From positions 12,477 through 76,476 of the forward strand of contig JACPKP010000011.1 in NCBI GenBank assembly GCA_016186955.1: a stretch of 64,000 nt of DNA, given 5' to 3'. Origin of the DNA: Candidatus Daviesbacteria bacterium. GTDB lineage: Bacteria; Patescibacteriota; Microgenomatia; Daviesbacterales; UBA10151. The notes below the pieces were generated by a model. It ran no database searches. It saw only the letters and a program-made list of their open reading frames with translations, and was not told the origin of the DNA. How positions within the stretch are numbered: the stretch's first letter is position 1; the number at the start of each line of letters is the position of its first letter. A program made the translations under genes and the position numbers. This document shows positions 1 through 10,033 of this stretch, piece by piece.

Positions 1-595
1 GATGGGTTACAACGAGTACATTTCTCTTTACAAATTCCCTGACTAACATATCATTAAAACGACTGACTCTTGCCCTAACATCAGGTATGTTTTCACCCTG
101 CGGAAACCTGTACCAATAGCCCCCCATAAGTTTTTCAAGTAGTTTTTGCTCAGGGTGGAATACATAGAAAATTTTCCTGTCATTATAAAGCAGGCACAAA
201 CCATGCTCCCTTTCCCTCATCCTCTCTTCCTCTTTTATTTCAACTTTCGCCAGATCAGGCCAACCCCTTTTCATATGTTCAAAAGTGTCTTTGGTTCTTC
301 TATACGGAGACACAAAAATGATATCAGGCAACTTTATTAATGTTGAAAGCTTTTTTGCCATTTCCTCTGCCTGCCAACCGGCGCCCGGCGCCAAAGGGGT
401 ATTGTGGTCACTGACTTTTATTGAAAGCTCTTCCCTGACTTTTTCTGCAAAAAACCTTGTTGCTTTTGAAAGATGATTTTCTTCATAAGCTTTTAAAAAC
501 CTCTGGTATAAGGGATTATCCTTTTTATTTTTCTTAAACTCATTGTATGCTGAGATATCATGCCTTACCAGGGTTAGTGTTTCAGGCCATTTCAT
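1..595 (-). CDS. Histidine phosphatase superfamily protein (phosphoglycerate-mutase-like), 3' end truncated by window edge
   Basis: Manual translation of the minus strand from the ATG at 595: MKWPETLTLVRHDISAYNE...LVVTH. This carries an N-terminal RHG-type motif (VRHD) and a C-terminal VVTH motif typical of branch-1 histidine phosphatases. It is absent from the ORF track because its stop lies outside the window. Confidence 0.45.
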   Translation of the reverse strand, partial: MKWPETLTLVRHDISAYNEFKKNKKDNPLYQRFLKAYEENHLSKATRFFAEKVREELSIKVSDHNTPLAPGAGWQAEEMAKKLSTLIKLPDIIFVSPYRRTKDTFEHMKRGWPDLAKVEIKEEERMREREHGLCLLYNDRKIFYVFHPEQKLLEKLMGGYWYRFPQGENIPDVRARVSRFNDMLVREFVKRNVLVVTH

Positions 596-660
596 ATATC
601 TTAGGGATTTTAGCACAAATACCCACTTTAACCAAATTTTTTGTCTGGTATAATGCGGCT

Positions 661-1986
661 ATGGTGCAGATAAAAGTTATCATCATGGGGGCAGCCGGAC
701 GGGATTTCCATAATTTTAATTTACTATATAGGGATAACCCTCGTTATCAGGTCATCGCATTTACAGCCTGCCAGATTCCCAACATCTCAGATAGAATTTA
801 CCCTGCCAGTTTAGCCGGCAAATTATACCCCAACGGCATCCCCATCTATCCTGAAGAGAAATTGAATGATCTCATCAGAAAACATAATATAGACGAGGTG
901 GTTTTTGCCTACTCGGATGTCTCCCATGAATATGTGATGGATAAATCTTCACTTGTTAATGCAGCCGGCGCCAACTTTACCTTATTAGGGACAAAACAAA
1001 CTATGCTGGAATCCAAAAAACCTGTTGTGGCGGTTTGTGCAGTCAGAACCGGCTCCGGCAAAAGCCAGGCTGCAAGAAAAGTCACCAGATACCTGCTTAA
1101 AAAAGGGCTTAAAGTTGTGGCAGTCAGGCACCCCATGCCTTACGGGGATCTTGCCAAACAGGAGACCCAAAGGTTTGCCTCATATGAAGACTTGGATAAA
1201 AATGAATGCACCATTGAAGAGCGGGAAGAATACGAACCATATGTTGAGCAGGGCATGGTGGTTTTTGCCGGGGTGGATTACGGAAAGATTTTAGAGCTGG
1301 CTGAAAAAGAGGCTGATGTCATAATCTGGGACGGGGGAAACAACGACACCCCTTTTTATAAACCTGACCTGCATATTGTGATTGCCGACCCGCACAGAAG
1401 TGGGAGTGAAAGTTCATATTATCCGGGGGAAACCAATGCCAGAATGGCTGATGTGTTGATTGTAAATAAAGTAAATACCGCAAAGGCGGAAAATGTCAGG
1501 GCTGTTATGGAAAACCTGGCCAAACTCAACCCTAAAGCAACTCTTATCAAATCAGACTCGGTCATAACAGTCAGCAATCCGGAGACAGTAAGGGGCAAAA
1601 AAGTCCTGGTTGTAGAAGATGGGCCAACCGTCACCCACGGCAACATGGCTTACGGCGCGGGATTTTTTGCTGCCAAAAAATACCATGCTCAAATTATTGA
1701 CCCCAGAAAGTTTGCCATCGGATCAATTAAGAAAACATTTGCCAAGTTTCCCCACTTAAAAGAGGTACTCCCTGCCATGGGTTACGGGGGAAAACAGATC
1801 CATGAGCTGCAAAGAACAATCAACTCCTCCAGCGCGCAGGCTGTTATTGTAGGGACACCGATAGACCTGGCCAAACTGCTCAAATTAACTAAGCCTTCCG
1901 CCAGAATAACTTATGATATAAAAGAGCATGGCACAGTGACTATAGAAAGTATCATGGCAAAATTTGTTAAAAAACACCAATTATGA
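661..1986 (+). CDS. COG2403-like P-loop GTPase (cyclic 2,3-diphosphoglycerate synthetase-like family)
   Basis: Internal start MVQIKVIIMGAAGRDFHNFN chosen over the 547 start. Walker A AVRTGSGKSQ and an NKxD-like IVNKVNTA motif. The domain order resembles archaeal cDPG synthetase and COG2403. Overlaps the next gene by 4 nt (ATGA). Confidence 0.4.
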   Translation: MVQIKVIIMGAAGRDFHNFNLLYRDNPRYQVIAFTACQIPNISDRIYPASLAGKLYPNGIPIYPEEKLNDLIRKHNIDEVVFAYSDVSHEYVMDKSSLVNAAGANFTLLGTKQTMLESKKPVVAVCAVRTGSGKSQAARKVTRYLLKKGLKVVAVRHPMPYGDLAKQETQRFASYEDLDKNECTIEEREEYEPYVEQGMVVFAGVDYGKILELAEKEADVIIWDGGNNDTPFYKPDLHIVIADPHRSGSESSYYPGETNARMADVLIVNKVNTAKAENVRAVMENLAKLNPKATLIKSDSVITVSNPETVRGKKVLVVEDGPTVTHGNMAYGAGFFAAKKYHAQIIDPRKFAIGSIKKTFAKFPHLKEVLPAMGYGGKQIHELQRTINSSSAQAVIVGTPIDLAKLLKLTKPSARITYDIKEHGTVTIESIMAKFVKKHQL

Positions 1987-2924
1987 CATACCCTGAGAAA
2001 CAGACCACCTCTTCTGTGCTGATGGTCAGGCCTGCCAATTTCGGCTTTAATGAAGAGACTTTTGAAACCTGCCCATTCCAGACTAAAACCGATATGCCTG
2101 CTCCAATACTACAACAAAAAGCCCTTTTTGAGTTTGACCTGTTGGTGAAATATCTTAAACATGCCGGTGTCAATGCATTAGTTTTTGAAGATACCCCCTA
2201 TCCTGTAAAACCTGATGCAATCTTTCCTAACAACTGGATAACATTCCATGAAGGCGGAGATGTCATACTTTACCCGATGCTGGCCCCAAACAGAAGGCTT
2301 GAGAGGAGAATGGATATCTTAAACAGTTTGAGAAGGGACCACGGCTATCCCACCTCAACAATATTGGACCTTAGGCCTTTTGAGGAAAACAACCAGTTTC
2401 TGGAAGGGACAGGCAGTATGGTTTTAGACAGGGCCAGTAAAATTGTTTATGCCTGTATCTCGCCAAGAACCCATATTGAACCTTTGGAAAAATTCGCCAA
2501 AAATATGGGGTATGAAATTTTTACTTTCCATACCCGCGACAAGCTGGCAAAACCTGTTTACCATACCAATGTTGTTATGTCAGTAGGCGAAAAATACGCC
2601 GTAGCTTGTCTGGAGGCTGTGGCAGACAAAACAGAAGCAAGGAAGCTTGCAAAAAAATTAAAAGACACCAACCATAAGCTGATAAATATCTCCCTTGACC
2701 AGCTTTATGCTTTCTGCGGGAATATTTTAGAAGTCAAAAATACCAAAGGCGAGCCAATCACAATTATGTCTACCCAAGCATATAAAGCCTTCAATCCAAA
2801 ACAGTTATCTGTAATAGATAAGTATTCTGAAAGGATCACCTCGCCTGCATACACAATTGAGGCTACTAGCGGCGGGAGTGTCAGGTGCATGCTGGCAGAG
2901 ATCTTCCCTCCTGTTGATTCTTAA
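1983..2924 (+). CDS. Amidinotransferase-superfamily hydrolase (arginine deiminase-related/CtlX-like)
   Basis: N-terminal VLMVRPANFGFNEET and C-terminal GGSVRCM catalytic-Cys motif typical of the arginine deiminase/DDAH/amidinotransferase fold. Translationally coupled to the upstream gene. Confidence 0.45.
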   Translation: MTYPEKQTTSSVLMVRPANFGFNEETFETCPFQTKTDMPAPILQQKALFEFDLLVKYLKHAGVNALVFEDTPYPVKPDAIFPNNWITFHEGGDVILYPMLAPNRRLERRMDILNSLRRDHGYPTSTILDLRPFEENNQFLEGTGSMVLDRASKIVYACISPRTHIEPLEKFAKNMGYEIFTFHTRDKLAKPVYHTNVVMSVGEKYAVACLEAVADKTEARKLAKKLKDTNHKLINISLDQLYAFCGNILEVKNTKGEPITIMSTQAYKAFNPKQLSVIDKYSERITSPAYTIEATSGGSVRCMLAEIFPPVDS

Positions 2925-2937
2925 AGTATAGTTTCCT

Positions 2938-3348
2938 TCATAATTCTGAAGCTAATTTAAAACCTTTACTTTTATAAAACTTGTCAAAACTGAATATTGC
3001 ATCAGCCTGATATTTTTGGGCAATTGCAGCCACAACTGCATCAAAAAGAGTATTATGTTTGCTTTTTTTGAAATCCATAAACAGACTTGCTTTTTGAATG
3101 ATTTCAATATCTACCGGCTCTATAGTAAGCTGGCCATCGTTCACCAACCGGATAACTTGGTTCGCCAATTCTGGTGAATTTAGTCTGCCTTGTAAAAAGG
3201 TTACAGTCTCAACTATGACGGTCGCTGGATAAATTAATGTAGCCCCATTTTTGACTAATCGGGTTGATATTTTCTGTGTATTCGAATGGTGCATATCTTG
3301 GGGGTCAAGATTGCCAATAAACCCATCGCTATCAACAATAATTATCAT
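2938..3348 (-). CDS. vapC: PIN-domain toxin (VapC)
   Basis: N-terminal IIVDSDGFIG acidic motif. The 136-aa length and the layout match a PIN domain. A 4-nt overlap with the upstream RHH gene indicates an operon. Confidence 0.65.
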   Translation of the reverse strand: MIIIVDSDGFIGNLDPQDMHHSNTQKISTRLVKNGATLIYPATVIVETVTFLQGRLNSPELANQVIRLVNDGQLTIEPVDIEIIQKASLFMDFKKSKHNTLFDAVVAAIAQKYQADAIFSFDKFYKSKGFKLASEL

Positions 3349-3620
3349 GGCTTAATCTTAGGATTTCTCTTAGGCAGTCCCCACAAATAGTAATCGTGGT
3401 TTGAAGAAGCGTCTCTCGGACCCTTTATATTATGTTTTTTAGCAAATTCAGCTAGTTTTAATAGTACTTCCGCACCGCCTGGTTTTTGCTTCTCCATAAC
3501 TCCAAAACCAGCCTTTAAAGCATTTCTTATCACTTCTGCTTTACTGGTTTTCTGGGCTTTAGCGGCCAGGCTAATCTTTTGGTCAAGATCATCAGGAATA
3601 TATAGATAAGTTTTTAGCAT
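3345..3620 (-). CDS. vapB: Ribbon-helix-helix antitoxin (VapB/CopG-like)
   Basis: N-terminal YIPDDLDQKISLAAKAQKTSKAEVIRNALKAG is RHH-like. Overlaps the vapC start. Confidence 0.55.
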   Translation of the reverse strand: MLKTYLYIPDDLDQKISLAAKAQKTSKAEVIRNALKAGFGVMEKQKPGGAEVLLKLAEFAKKHNIKGPRDASSNHDYYLWGLPKRNPKIKP

Positions 3621-3678
3621 ATAACTGAATTATACCATATCTTGCAACATGTTGTACAATATGTTGTCATCTGACTTT

Positions 3679-5547
3679 TCACCCCGGGGTTTTAAAATAC
3701 AGCCCGCTGTGGGAGATTGGGAGAGAAAAGGAAAAAGTAGACCCAACTCCTTGTTTGGATTCAACCCAAATTTTTCCATGATGCGCTTCTATAATAGTTT
3801 TGCAATAATAAAGCCCCAACCCCACACCCGGGTAATTGTACTGCAAATAATCCGTACCCCGGTGGAATTTTTCAAACAGTGTTGGTAAAACAGCGCTATC
3901 AATGCCTATACCATGATCGGTCACACTTGTCACTAAACTATCTCCTTCAATCTTGATCCTCAATTCAATAATACCACCTTCGGATGAAAATTTAATTGCA
4001 TTATCTAAAAGGTTAACAACCACATCATGGATCCTGTTTTTATTTGCAGACGCCAAAGGCAAGTTTGGGGGGCAATTTAAAATTACTTTTAAACCTTTAG
4101 GTTTAATTAAAATGTCCAATACCTCAATAACATCTTGAATCAGCCGGCAGATGTCTGTTGGCTCAGTCTCAACCCTCATCCCCCCTGCACCCATAGAACT
4201 GATATATAACATCTCATCTACCAACCGGTTAAGATTGTCTACATTCTGATCTATTTTAAAAATGTAATCCTTACCTTTACTGTCTGAGATAATCTTATTC
4301 CTTATTACTGAAAGATATCCTTTAATAATAGTCAAAGGCGTCCTGAGATTATGGGATACTAAAACTATAAATTCATCCTTTAATTTATCCGTTTTTTTTA
4401 ATTCTTCTATCTGATTTTTGATAAGTCCCGCCATTGAGTTAAACTGCATCGCCAAATCTTCAATCTCATCTCCTGTAGCTACCAAAACACGGTAATCCAA
4501 ATTACCCCTCGCTATCGCCTGGGATGCTTTATACAACTGTTCTACCGGCCCTACTATTTTGCCGGTAAAAATAAGCGCTGTAAACACTGCCGCCAAAAGT
4601 ATAAAAATAGTTATTACTGTCGTAAAGATTGTTACCTGGCGGACGGCCTCAAATGCCACTGAGACAGTTTGTTCTGAAACTACCATCCAATCAGTTTTAA
4701 GTTCGTTTTTCCCCTGGTTTTGGAATGACAGGTTAACAGGGACGCCAAAAGCCAAAACTTCACTTCCAAGTTCATTATGAAAACTGCCCATCTGAGTATC
4801 AGCAGGTTTGAAGTTGCGGATTGCCCGGATAACCTCAACTTTTGAAAAATCTTTTTGGACTAACACATCGGATATGTCCGGATGGGCAATTACAATATTA
4901 TTTTCGTCGAGTATATATACCCTTGACAGTTTGGAGGTTTCAGAGATATTTTTGACAACATCCTGCATCACCCTGGCATCAACAATCCCAAAGACGGCTC
5001 CCATAAACTTATCCGCACTGTCAAGCACAGGAACACCAATTTGGAAAAATGGCCTTCCCTCAAACAGGTAGACAGGCCCAAGGTACCTTTTTTTACTTTT
5101 TACAGCTTGAAATTCGGGACTCAGCGACCTGTCAACCAGCTCATCTTTTGTAAATAACTTTAAAGTATTTTCACGCCTTTTTTCCGTGCCTTTATTGTCT
5201 ACTATAGCTATATCATTGAAGTTTATACTTTTGAATAGAACGTGCTCCAATAGGTTATTTTGGATGTCTTGGTCAAAAAGTTGCGGATCAATACTCACAT
5301 ACTCCAATACTCCAAATTGAGCTTCAACAAATGCTTCAACCTGTTCAGCAACATTTAAGGCGATCTGCTGGTTTAAGTTTGAAGCATTAAGTTTTTCTAT
5401 ATTTTGCAGGTTAAAAATTGTAATCGTCATCCCCAAAAGAACCGGCAGCAGGGCGATGCAAAGAAACAAAATCACAAATTTACTTCTTAATTTAATCCTC
5501 AAAAGCAACAACTTCCCCAACATATACCCATCATACACAATTGACAA
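3679..5547 (-). CDS. Sensor histidine kinase (TM-periplasmic-TM, HAMP, HisKA, HATPase_c)
   Basis: Two TM segments, H-box HNLRTPLT, N-box NLLDNAIKFS and G-boxes DHGIGI and GVGLGL. Confidence 0.8.
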   Translation of the reverse strand: MSIVYDGYMLGKLLLLRIKLRSKFVILFLCIALLPVLLGMTITIFNLQNIEKLNASNLNQQIALNVAEQVEAFVEAQFGVLEYVSIDPQLFDQDIQNNLLEHVLFKSINFNDIAIVDNKGTEKRRENTLKLFTKDELVDRSLSPEFQAVKSKKRYLGPVYLFEGRPFFQIGVPVLDSADKFMGAVFGIVDARVMQDVVKNISETSKLSRVYILDENNIVIAHPDISDVLVQKDFSKVEVIRAIRNFKPADTQMGSFHNELGSEVLAFGVPVNLSFQNQGKNELKTDWMVVSEQTVSVAFEAVRQVTIFTTVITIFILLAAVFTALIFTGKIVGPVEQLYKASQAIARGNLDYRVLVATGDEIEDLAMQFNSMAGLIKNQIEELKKTDKLKDEFIVLVSHNLRTPLTIIKGYLSVIRNKIISDSKGKDYIFKIDQNVDNLNRLVDEMLYISSMGAGGMRVETEPTDICRLIQDVIEVLDILIKPKGLKVILNCPPNLPLASANKNRIHDVVVNLLDNAIKFSSEGGIIELRIKIEGDSLVTSVTDHGIGIDSAVLPTLFEKFHRGTDYLQYNYPGVGLGLYYCKTIIEAHHGKIWVESKQGVGSTFSFSLPISHSGLYFKTPG

Positions 5548-5586
5548 AAGAAGTTTTTGTCTGTTAAATTTAAATAGGAACCAATA

Positions 5587-6636
5587 ATGCTGCCTAAAAT
5601 TATCATAGCCCTAGTTTTAGTTGTTGTTGCGTCTGCAGCAGGCCTTTGGGTTTTGAACGGCGCCCCCAAAACAGATCAAATTAAAAAACCTGCCACGGTG
5701 AAAAGGATCGGTATTGTCCAATACCAAAAGATTTTTGAACCATCCATCAAGGGTTTTAAGGACGGTTTGGCGGAATCAGGATACAAAGAAGGGGAAAATG
5801 TAAGTTATGACGTACGGCTTGCCGACGGCAATAAAGATAAGTTAAAAGAAGGCGCTGACTATTTTTTAAACCAGAATGTTGACTTAATCTTTGCGGATTC
5901 TCCAGAATCTGCCTCTAGCGCCTTAAACGAATCTACGAGGTCCGGCAAAACTAACATACCGATAGTTTTTACAAACGGCACCAACCCTGACAAAGTAGGC
6001 ATAATCAAGAGTTTCAAATCATCCGGGAATAATACCACAGGCGTTGCGGTTGATTTTGCTGCTATCACAACAAAAAAACTTGAATTTTTAAAACGCATAA
6101 ACCCCACTATCAAAAAAGTAGGCGTTGTTTATGGCGCCGTATCTGACCCAACCGCTGATTTTAATATGAAGGTCTTAAGGGAAGCTGCAACAAAGTTTGA
6201 TATAAACTTGGTTGAATACAAATTACTTAAACCTCCCGGGCCTCTTTCTGCTCAAGAAGCTCAAAAATTGGTAGACAGCCTAAAACCTGGGGATTTTGAT
6301 GCCTATTTTCATCCTGCCGGCCCTGTTGTCAACTTTCCTGACACAAAAAAAGTTTTGATGGGTATCGGTAAAAAATTAAAAGTGCCTACTGTTTTTACCA
6401 GGGATTTTGACCCAAAAGAGGAAAGCTGGCTGTTATCTTATGGGCATGACTTTTTTGAAACAGGCAAACAGGCTGCAGAAATCGCTGCCAAGGTGCTCGG
6501 CGGTACCAAACCTGCTGATATCCCGATAGAATACCAGAAAAAAATCAGGCTGATTGTTGATTTACGGGCCGCAAAAGAGATTGGCGTCACTATCCCTGAA
6601 TCAATTTTGGCGATTGCTGATAAAAGAATAGAATAA
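5587..6636 (+). CDS. Periplasmic substrate-binding protein (ABC_sub_bind/PF04392-like), divergent from histidine kinase
   Basis: Signal-anchor N-terminus; the length and the IGIVQY...GVVYG segment pattern fit the ABC transporter substrate-binding family that is often paired with sensor kinases. Confidence 0.45.
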   Translation: MLPKIIIALVLVVVASAAGLWVLNGAPKTDQIKKPATVKRIGIVQYQKIFEPSIKGFKDGLAESGYKEGENVSYDVRLADGNKDKLKEGADYFLNQNVDLIFADSPESASSALNESTRSGKTNIPIVFTNGTNPDKVGIIKSFKSSGNNTTGVAVDFAAITTKKLEFLKRINPTIKKVGVVYGAVSDPTADFNMKVLREAATKFDINLVEYKLLKPPGPLSAQEAQKLVDSLKPGDFDAYFHPAGPVVNFPDTKKVLMGIGKKLKVPTVFTRDFDPKEESWLLSYGHDFFETGKQAAEIAAKVLGGTKPADIPIEYQKKIRLIVDLRAAKEIGVTIPESILAIADKRIE

Positions 6637-6663
6637 TCTCCTGTATGATGGATTTGATTGTAA

Positions 6664-7395
6664 TCAGAACTCTTCTTTTTGCTCTGCTAATCCATCTGTT
6701 TCACTAACTACCCGGAGACTATCCACCGGGATCAAATCCCCGCATGCCGTTCCCTTTTGTTTTAACATCCCGGCCCTTTTAACCTGGCCAAGCCCCTGAT
6801 CCACTTTGCATGCCGAAGTTAACTCTATTTCCAAAGTTTCACACTCTTTTGGCTCATTTTTAGTTTGTAAAAAGATAGTAAAACACTGACCCTTTCCGGA
6901 GATATACCCTTTCGGCCAAACAATTCCATCATATGTTTTATCATCGTTATAAATTATTTTGACTGCCCCGTCCCTTTGACCATAGTACTGGTATTGATCA
7001 ACGTTAACTTCCCGTCCAAGCACCTGATTTGCTGAATCATAAGTTACTACTAAGCTATTGAACCGGTAAGTTCCTTCAATATTAGGCGGTTTATCCCCTC
7101 TATAAATTGTCATCCCGGCTGCCTCAACTTTCTCCATATCAATTTTATCCAGAATCGAATTCACCGGGCTTGGAAAATCTTGGCTGGGTTTTGTTACTTC
7201 TGCTTTAGTCTCTGTTTTGGTATTGGTAGTTATATTGGCCGGAGTTTGACTGCTTTGACTTTTCCTGTTGGTAAACAAATATCCAATCGCAGCGACTACC
7301 AATACCCCTATTAAAATTAAGACCACCGGGGGTATAAATCCACGCTCATTATTGGGCATTATCTTTAGAATAGTCCAATGGTTATCTTCCGTCAA
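6664..7395 (-). CDS. Hypothetical membrane-anchored secreted protein
   Basis: N-terminal TM helix, Thr/Pro-rich linker, then a beta-rich domain. No recognisable motif. Confidence 0.4.
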   Translation of the reverse strand: MTEDNHWTILKIMPNNERGFIPPVVLILIGVLVVAAIGYLFTNRKSQSSQTPANITTNTKTETKAEVTKPSQDFPSPVNSILDKIDMEKVEAAGMTIYRGDKPPNIEGTYRFNSLVVTYDSANQVLGREVNVDQYQYYGQRDGAVKIIYNDDKTYDGIVWPKGYISGKGQCFTIFLQTKNEPKECETLEIELTSACKVDQGLGQVKRAGMLKQKGTACGDLIPVDSLRVVSETDGLAEQKEEF

Positions 7396-7488
7396 TCCTT
7401 AGCACTTGACAAACCGGCAAACAGGGCTTGATACCTCCTCTTTGTCGGTTTGAGTTAGACACAAATTGTAGTATTTTGAGTATAGTAT

Positions 7489-8733
7489 ATGAATTCTTTA
7501 GAGAAGATTGTCCAAAAAGCTAAGAAGGTACTGGCTTCCAACAGACAAAAGGGCGTTTCAAAGTGGGGGGGAAGGGAGTATGATTTTGTTTGCCCGTCAG
7601 CTCAAAATTACCCTTTCCAATGGTTTTGGGACAGCGCTTTCCATGCTATTGCTTTGCTCCAAGTTGACCCCGGGCTTGCCAAACAAGAGATCATTTGTTT
7701 ACTCCAAGCTGCCCAACCTGACGGATTTATCCCTCATATGATCCTTTGGGAAAAATCATTACATAAGGCTGCAGAGAATAACTATTCCATTATTTTAGCT
7801 GATGAATTTTATACAGCTACCATCCAACCTCCTGTATTGGCCAGAGCGGTTTTTAGAATCTACCAAACCACTAAGGATAGGGAGTTTCTACTTCAGGTTT
7901 TACCTAAAACAATCAACTTTTTTAACTGGCTCAAAGAATACAGAGACCCTGATAATGATTCCCTGATATCCATTATCCAACCCGATGAGTCCGGATTAGA
8001 CGCTTGTTCAAAATACGACCTTTTATTCAATTTAAGCAGTAAGAAAAAACTTAATAAAGCTATGCGGTTTTTAGTTAAAAGTTATGTTCCTTTCAGAAAA
8101 GATCCTAAAAAATTACCTGCTCTCAATATTTTTAATTGGGAGGATGTCATGGTTAACTCAATCTATGCTGATGGACTGGAATGCTTAGAGTTTCTTTCAA
8201 AAGAAGCGGGATTTTCCGGACAAGCTGCAGAATTAAAGATAGAGTCACAGCAAACCATTAACTCTTTAATGGAAAAGTGTTGGGATAAAAAACGGGGAGT
8301 TTTTTGGGACCTATATGGGGAAGATGAAAAACAGGCTAAAATTCTCACTTTTTCCAGTATCTTCCCGTTAATCCTGAAAAACCTTGATAATTCGATCAAA
8401 GACCGTTTAATCAGTGAACATCTGTTGGATAAAAAGGAGTTCTGGCTGCCTTATCCTATCCCTTCCGTGGCAGCAAATGAACCAAGTTTTGTGCCTGATT
8501 TTACTAATAAAACAATTTGGAGAGGACCTTCATGGGTGAATATAAACTGGTATATTTGGCAAGCGCTCAAAGATGACCCCAGGCGCCAGAATATAGCTAC
8601 TGAGTTAGCCAACCGCACTTTAAAAATGGTTGAAATAGGAGGAATGAGGGAGTTTTTTAACCCATACACAGCCGAAGGTATGGGAGCTATTAACTTTGGT
8701 TGGACAACTCTAATTTTGGATATGATCTCTTAA
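7489..8733 (+). CDS. (alpha/alpha)6-barrel glycoside hydrolase, GH63/mannosylglycerate-hydrolase-like
   Basis: The FQWFWDSAFHAIAL motif and overall length are typical of the GH63/MGH/glycogen-debranching N-glycan glucosidase fold. Confidence 0.45.
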   Translation: MNSLEKIVQKAKKVLASNRQKGVSKWGGREYDFVCPSAQNYPFQWFWDSAFHAIALLQVDPGLAKQEIICLLQAAQPDGFIPHMILWEKSLHKAAENNYSIILADEFYTATIQPPVLARAVFRIYQTTKDREFLLQVLPKTINFFNWLKEYRDPDNDSLISIIQPDESGLDACSKYDLLFNLSSKKKLNKAMRFLVKSYVPFRKDPKKLPALNIFNWEDVMVNSIYADGLECLEFLSKEAGFSGQAAELKIESQQTINSLMEKCWDKKRGVFWDLYGEDEKQAKILTFSSIFPLILKNLDNSIKDRLISEHLLDKKEFWLPYPIPSVAANEPSFVPDFTNKTIWRGPSWVNINWYIWQALKDDPRRQNIATELANRTLKMVEIGGMREFFNPYTAEGMGAINFGWTTLILDMIS

Positions 8734-9003
8734 CTTCTGGCCATCCATAGCCTTATAAGGTCTGCTCTACGGTTTTTGCAGTGCTTTATCAAATGTAAAA
8801 ATCTGAATTTCTTCGATTTCTGATTTGGCTAACAAGAAACAATCAACTAAGCTCAGCTTTTTCTTCCTATAATTTTTTAAACTTTTTTTGAAAATGTCTC
8901 CATCTTGCACAGAGAAATATGACGCTGTAAGTATTGATTCAAGTTTATCAATAATCTGGAACCTGGGAAACTTATAGTATTTAGACAGGGCAAAGTGAAT
9001 CTA

Positions 9004-9130
9004 CACCGCTTTAAAAAGCGGTGCATCTTCCTGTCATTCCCGCGAAGGCCTGCCTTGCCGGCAGGCAGGCGGGAATCCATAATTTCATTCATCCCCAGCT
9101 TTAAAAAGCTGGGGCTTTCTGAAATGACAG
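9004..9130. repeat. Nested GC-rich palindromic element
   Basis: Two gctttaaaaagc hairpins (caccgctttaaaaagcggtg and ccccagctttaaaaagctgggg) flank gcctgccttgccggcaggcaggc. An outer ctgtcattcccgc / gcgggaat / gaaatgacag pairing encloses them. The GC palindrome is related to the repeats at 11430 and 13525. Confidence 0.6.
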
Positions 9131-9179
9131 TAAATCCGTAGTACTCTCGAACAATTATAGAAAGATTATCAGTCTTAAA

Positions 9180-9635
9180 TTAAGATTCTATTGATGACTC
9201 TTCTGGATATCTTTTTCTTGTGTTCATAAATATAGGGCCTAAACCAACAATTAATGCTCCTGCGGCTGCTCCACCCCCAACCATAACTCTAGCCAAACCC
9301 CATGGTCTATCTTTTTGAGCTTGCTCTTCATATTTAGCTATTAACTCACTGGCGGGAACTCCTTGATCAAGTTTGACACAAACTTCTGTTGGATTCTTGA
9401 GGGAATAAACTGGTGGATCTAACCGGGTCAACACTTTCTCGCATTTATTTTTCTCAAAGTTAAATCTATACTCTCCAGAAGTTAAACCATCCGCTCCACC
9501 TGCGACTAACACTCCTCCACCTATCAAACAAATTCCAAACCAATTTAATTTTACCCTCTTAATTTCTTTGCCTAAATTTCTCCCGAATTCGATCATAATG
9601 TTGGGAATTGTATATTGAATTGATTGTCTTGTCAA
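9180..9635 (-). CDS. Hypothetical membrane protein
   Basis: Long ORF with two hydrophobic Gly-rich segments. Confidence 0.35.
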   Translation of the reverse strand: MTRQSIQYTIPNIMIEFGRNLGKEIKRVKLNWFGICLIGGGVLVAGGADGLTSGEYRFNFEKNKCEKVLTRLDPPVYSLKNPTEVCVKLDQGVPASELIAKYEEQAQKDRPWGLARVMVGGGAAAGALIVGLGPIFMNTRKRYPEESSIES

Positions 9636-9688
9636 CTATGAGACTGACGCTTGAATTTTTAGTGTAATTACATAATAATAAAAGAGCT

Positions 9689-10033
9689 ATGGGAGTAATC
9701 ATTTTAGCTGTGATCGTAGGTTTGGGTATTGGCTATTTTGCCACTCAAAATACTAACCAGATTAGTTTATATTTTGGTCCTTATGCTGTCTCAAATACTC
9801 CTCTTTATCTTGTAGTAATAAGCGCCTTGCTTATGGGATTGCTTCTTGCTTGGATCTTTTCTTTAGTCAACTCATTTTCTTCTAAGATTACTCTGCACGG
9901 AAAAGAGAATAAAATTAAAGAAGATGAGAAAACTATTGCAGAGCTTACTAAAGAAATTCACCAGCTCGAGCTTGATAATACTCGTTTGAAAGAAAAGTCA
10001 GGAGAGGGAAAAAACGATGATAAATCTCTATGA
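9689..10033 (+). CDS. Small membrane protein with C-terminal coiled coil (LapA/DUF1049-like)
   Basis: Two TM helices (IILAVIVGLGIGYF, LYLVVISALLMGLLLAWIF) followed by a charged coiled coil. Confidence 0.35.
   Translation: MGVIILAVIVGLGIGYFATQNTNQISLYFGPYAVSNTPLYLVVISALLMGLLLAWIFSLVNSFSSKITLHGKENKIKEDEKTIAELTKEIHQLELDNTRLKEKSGEGKNDDKSL

Noticed and set aside
8877-9092. 71-aa ORF across the nested palindromic element
   Set aside because: It is translated from hairpin sequence and is inconsistent with the repeat interpretation.
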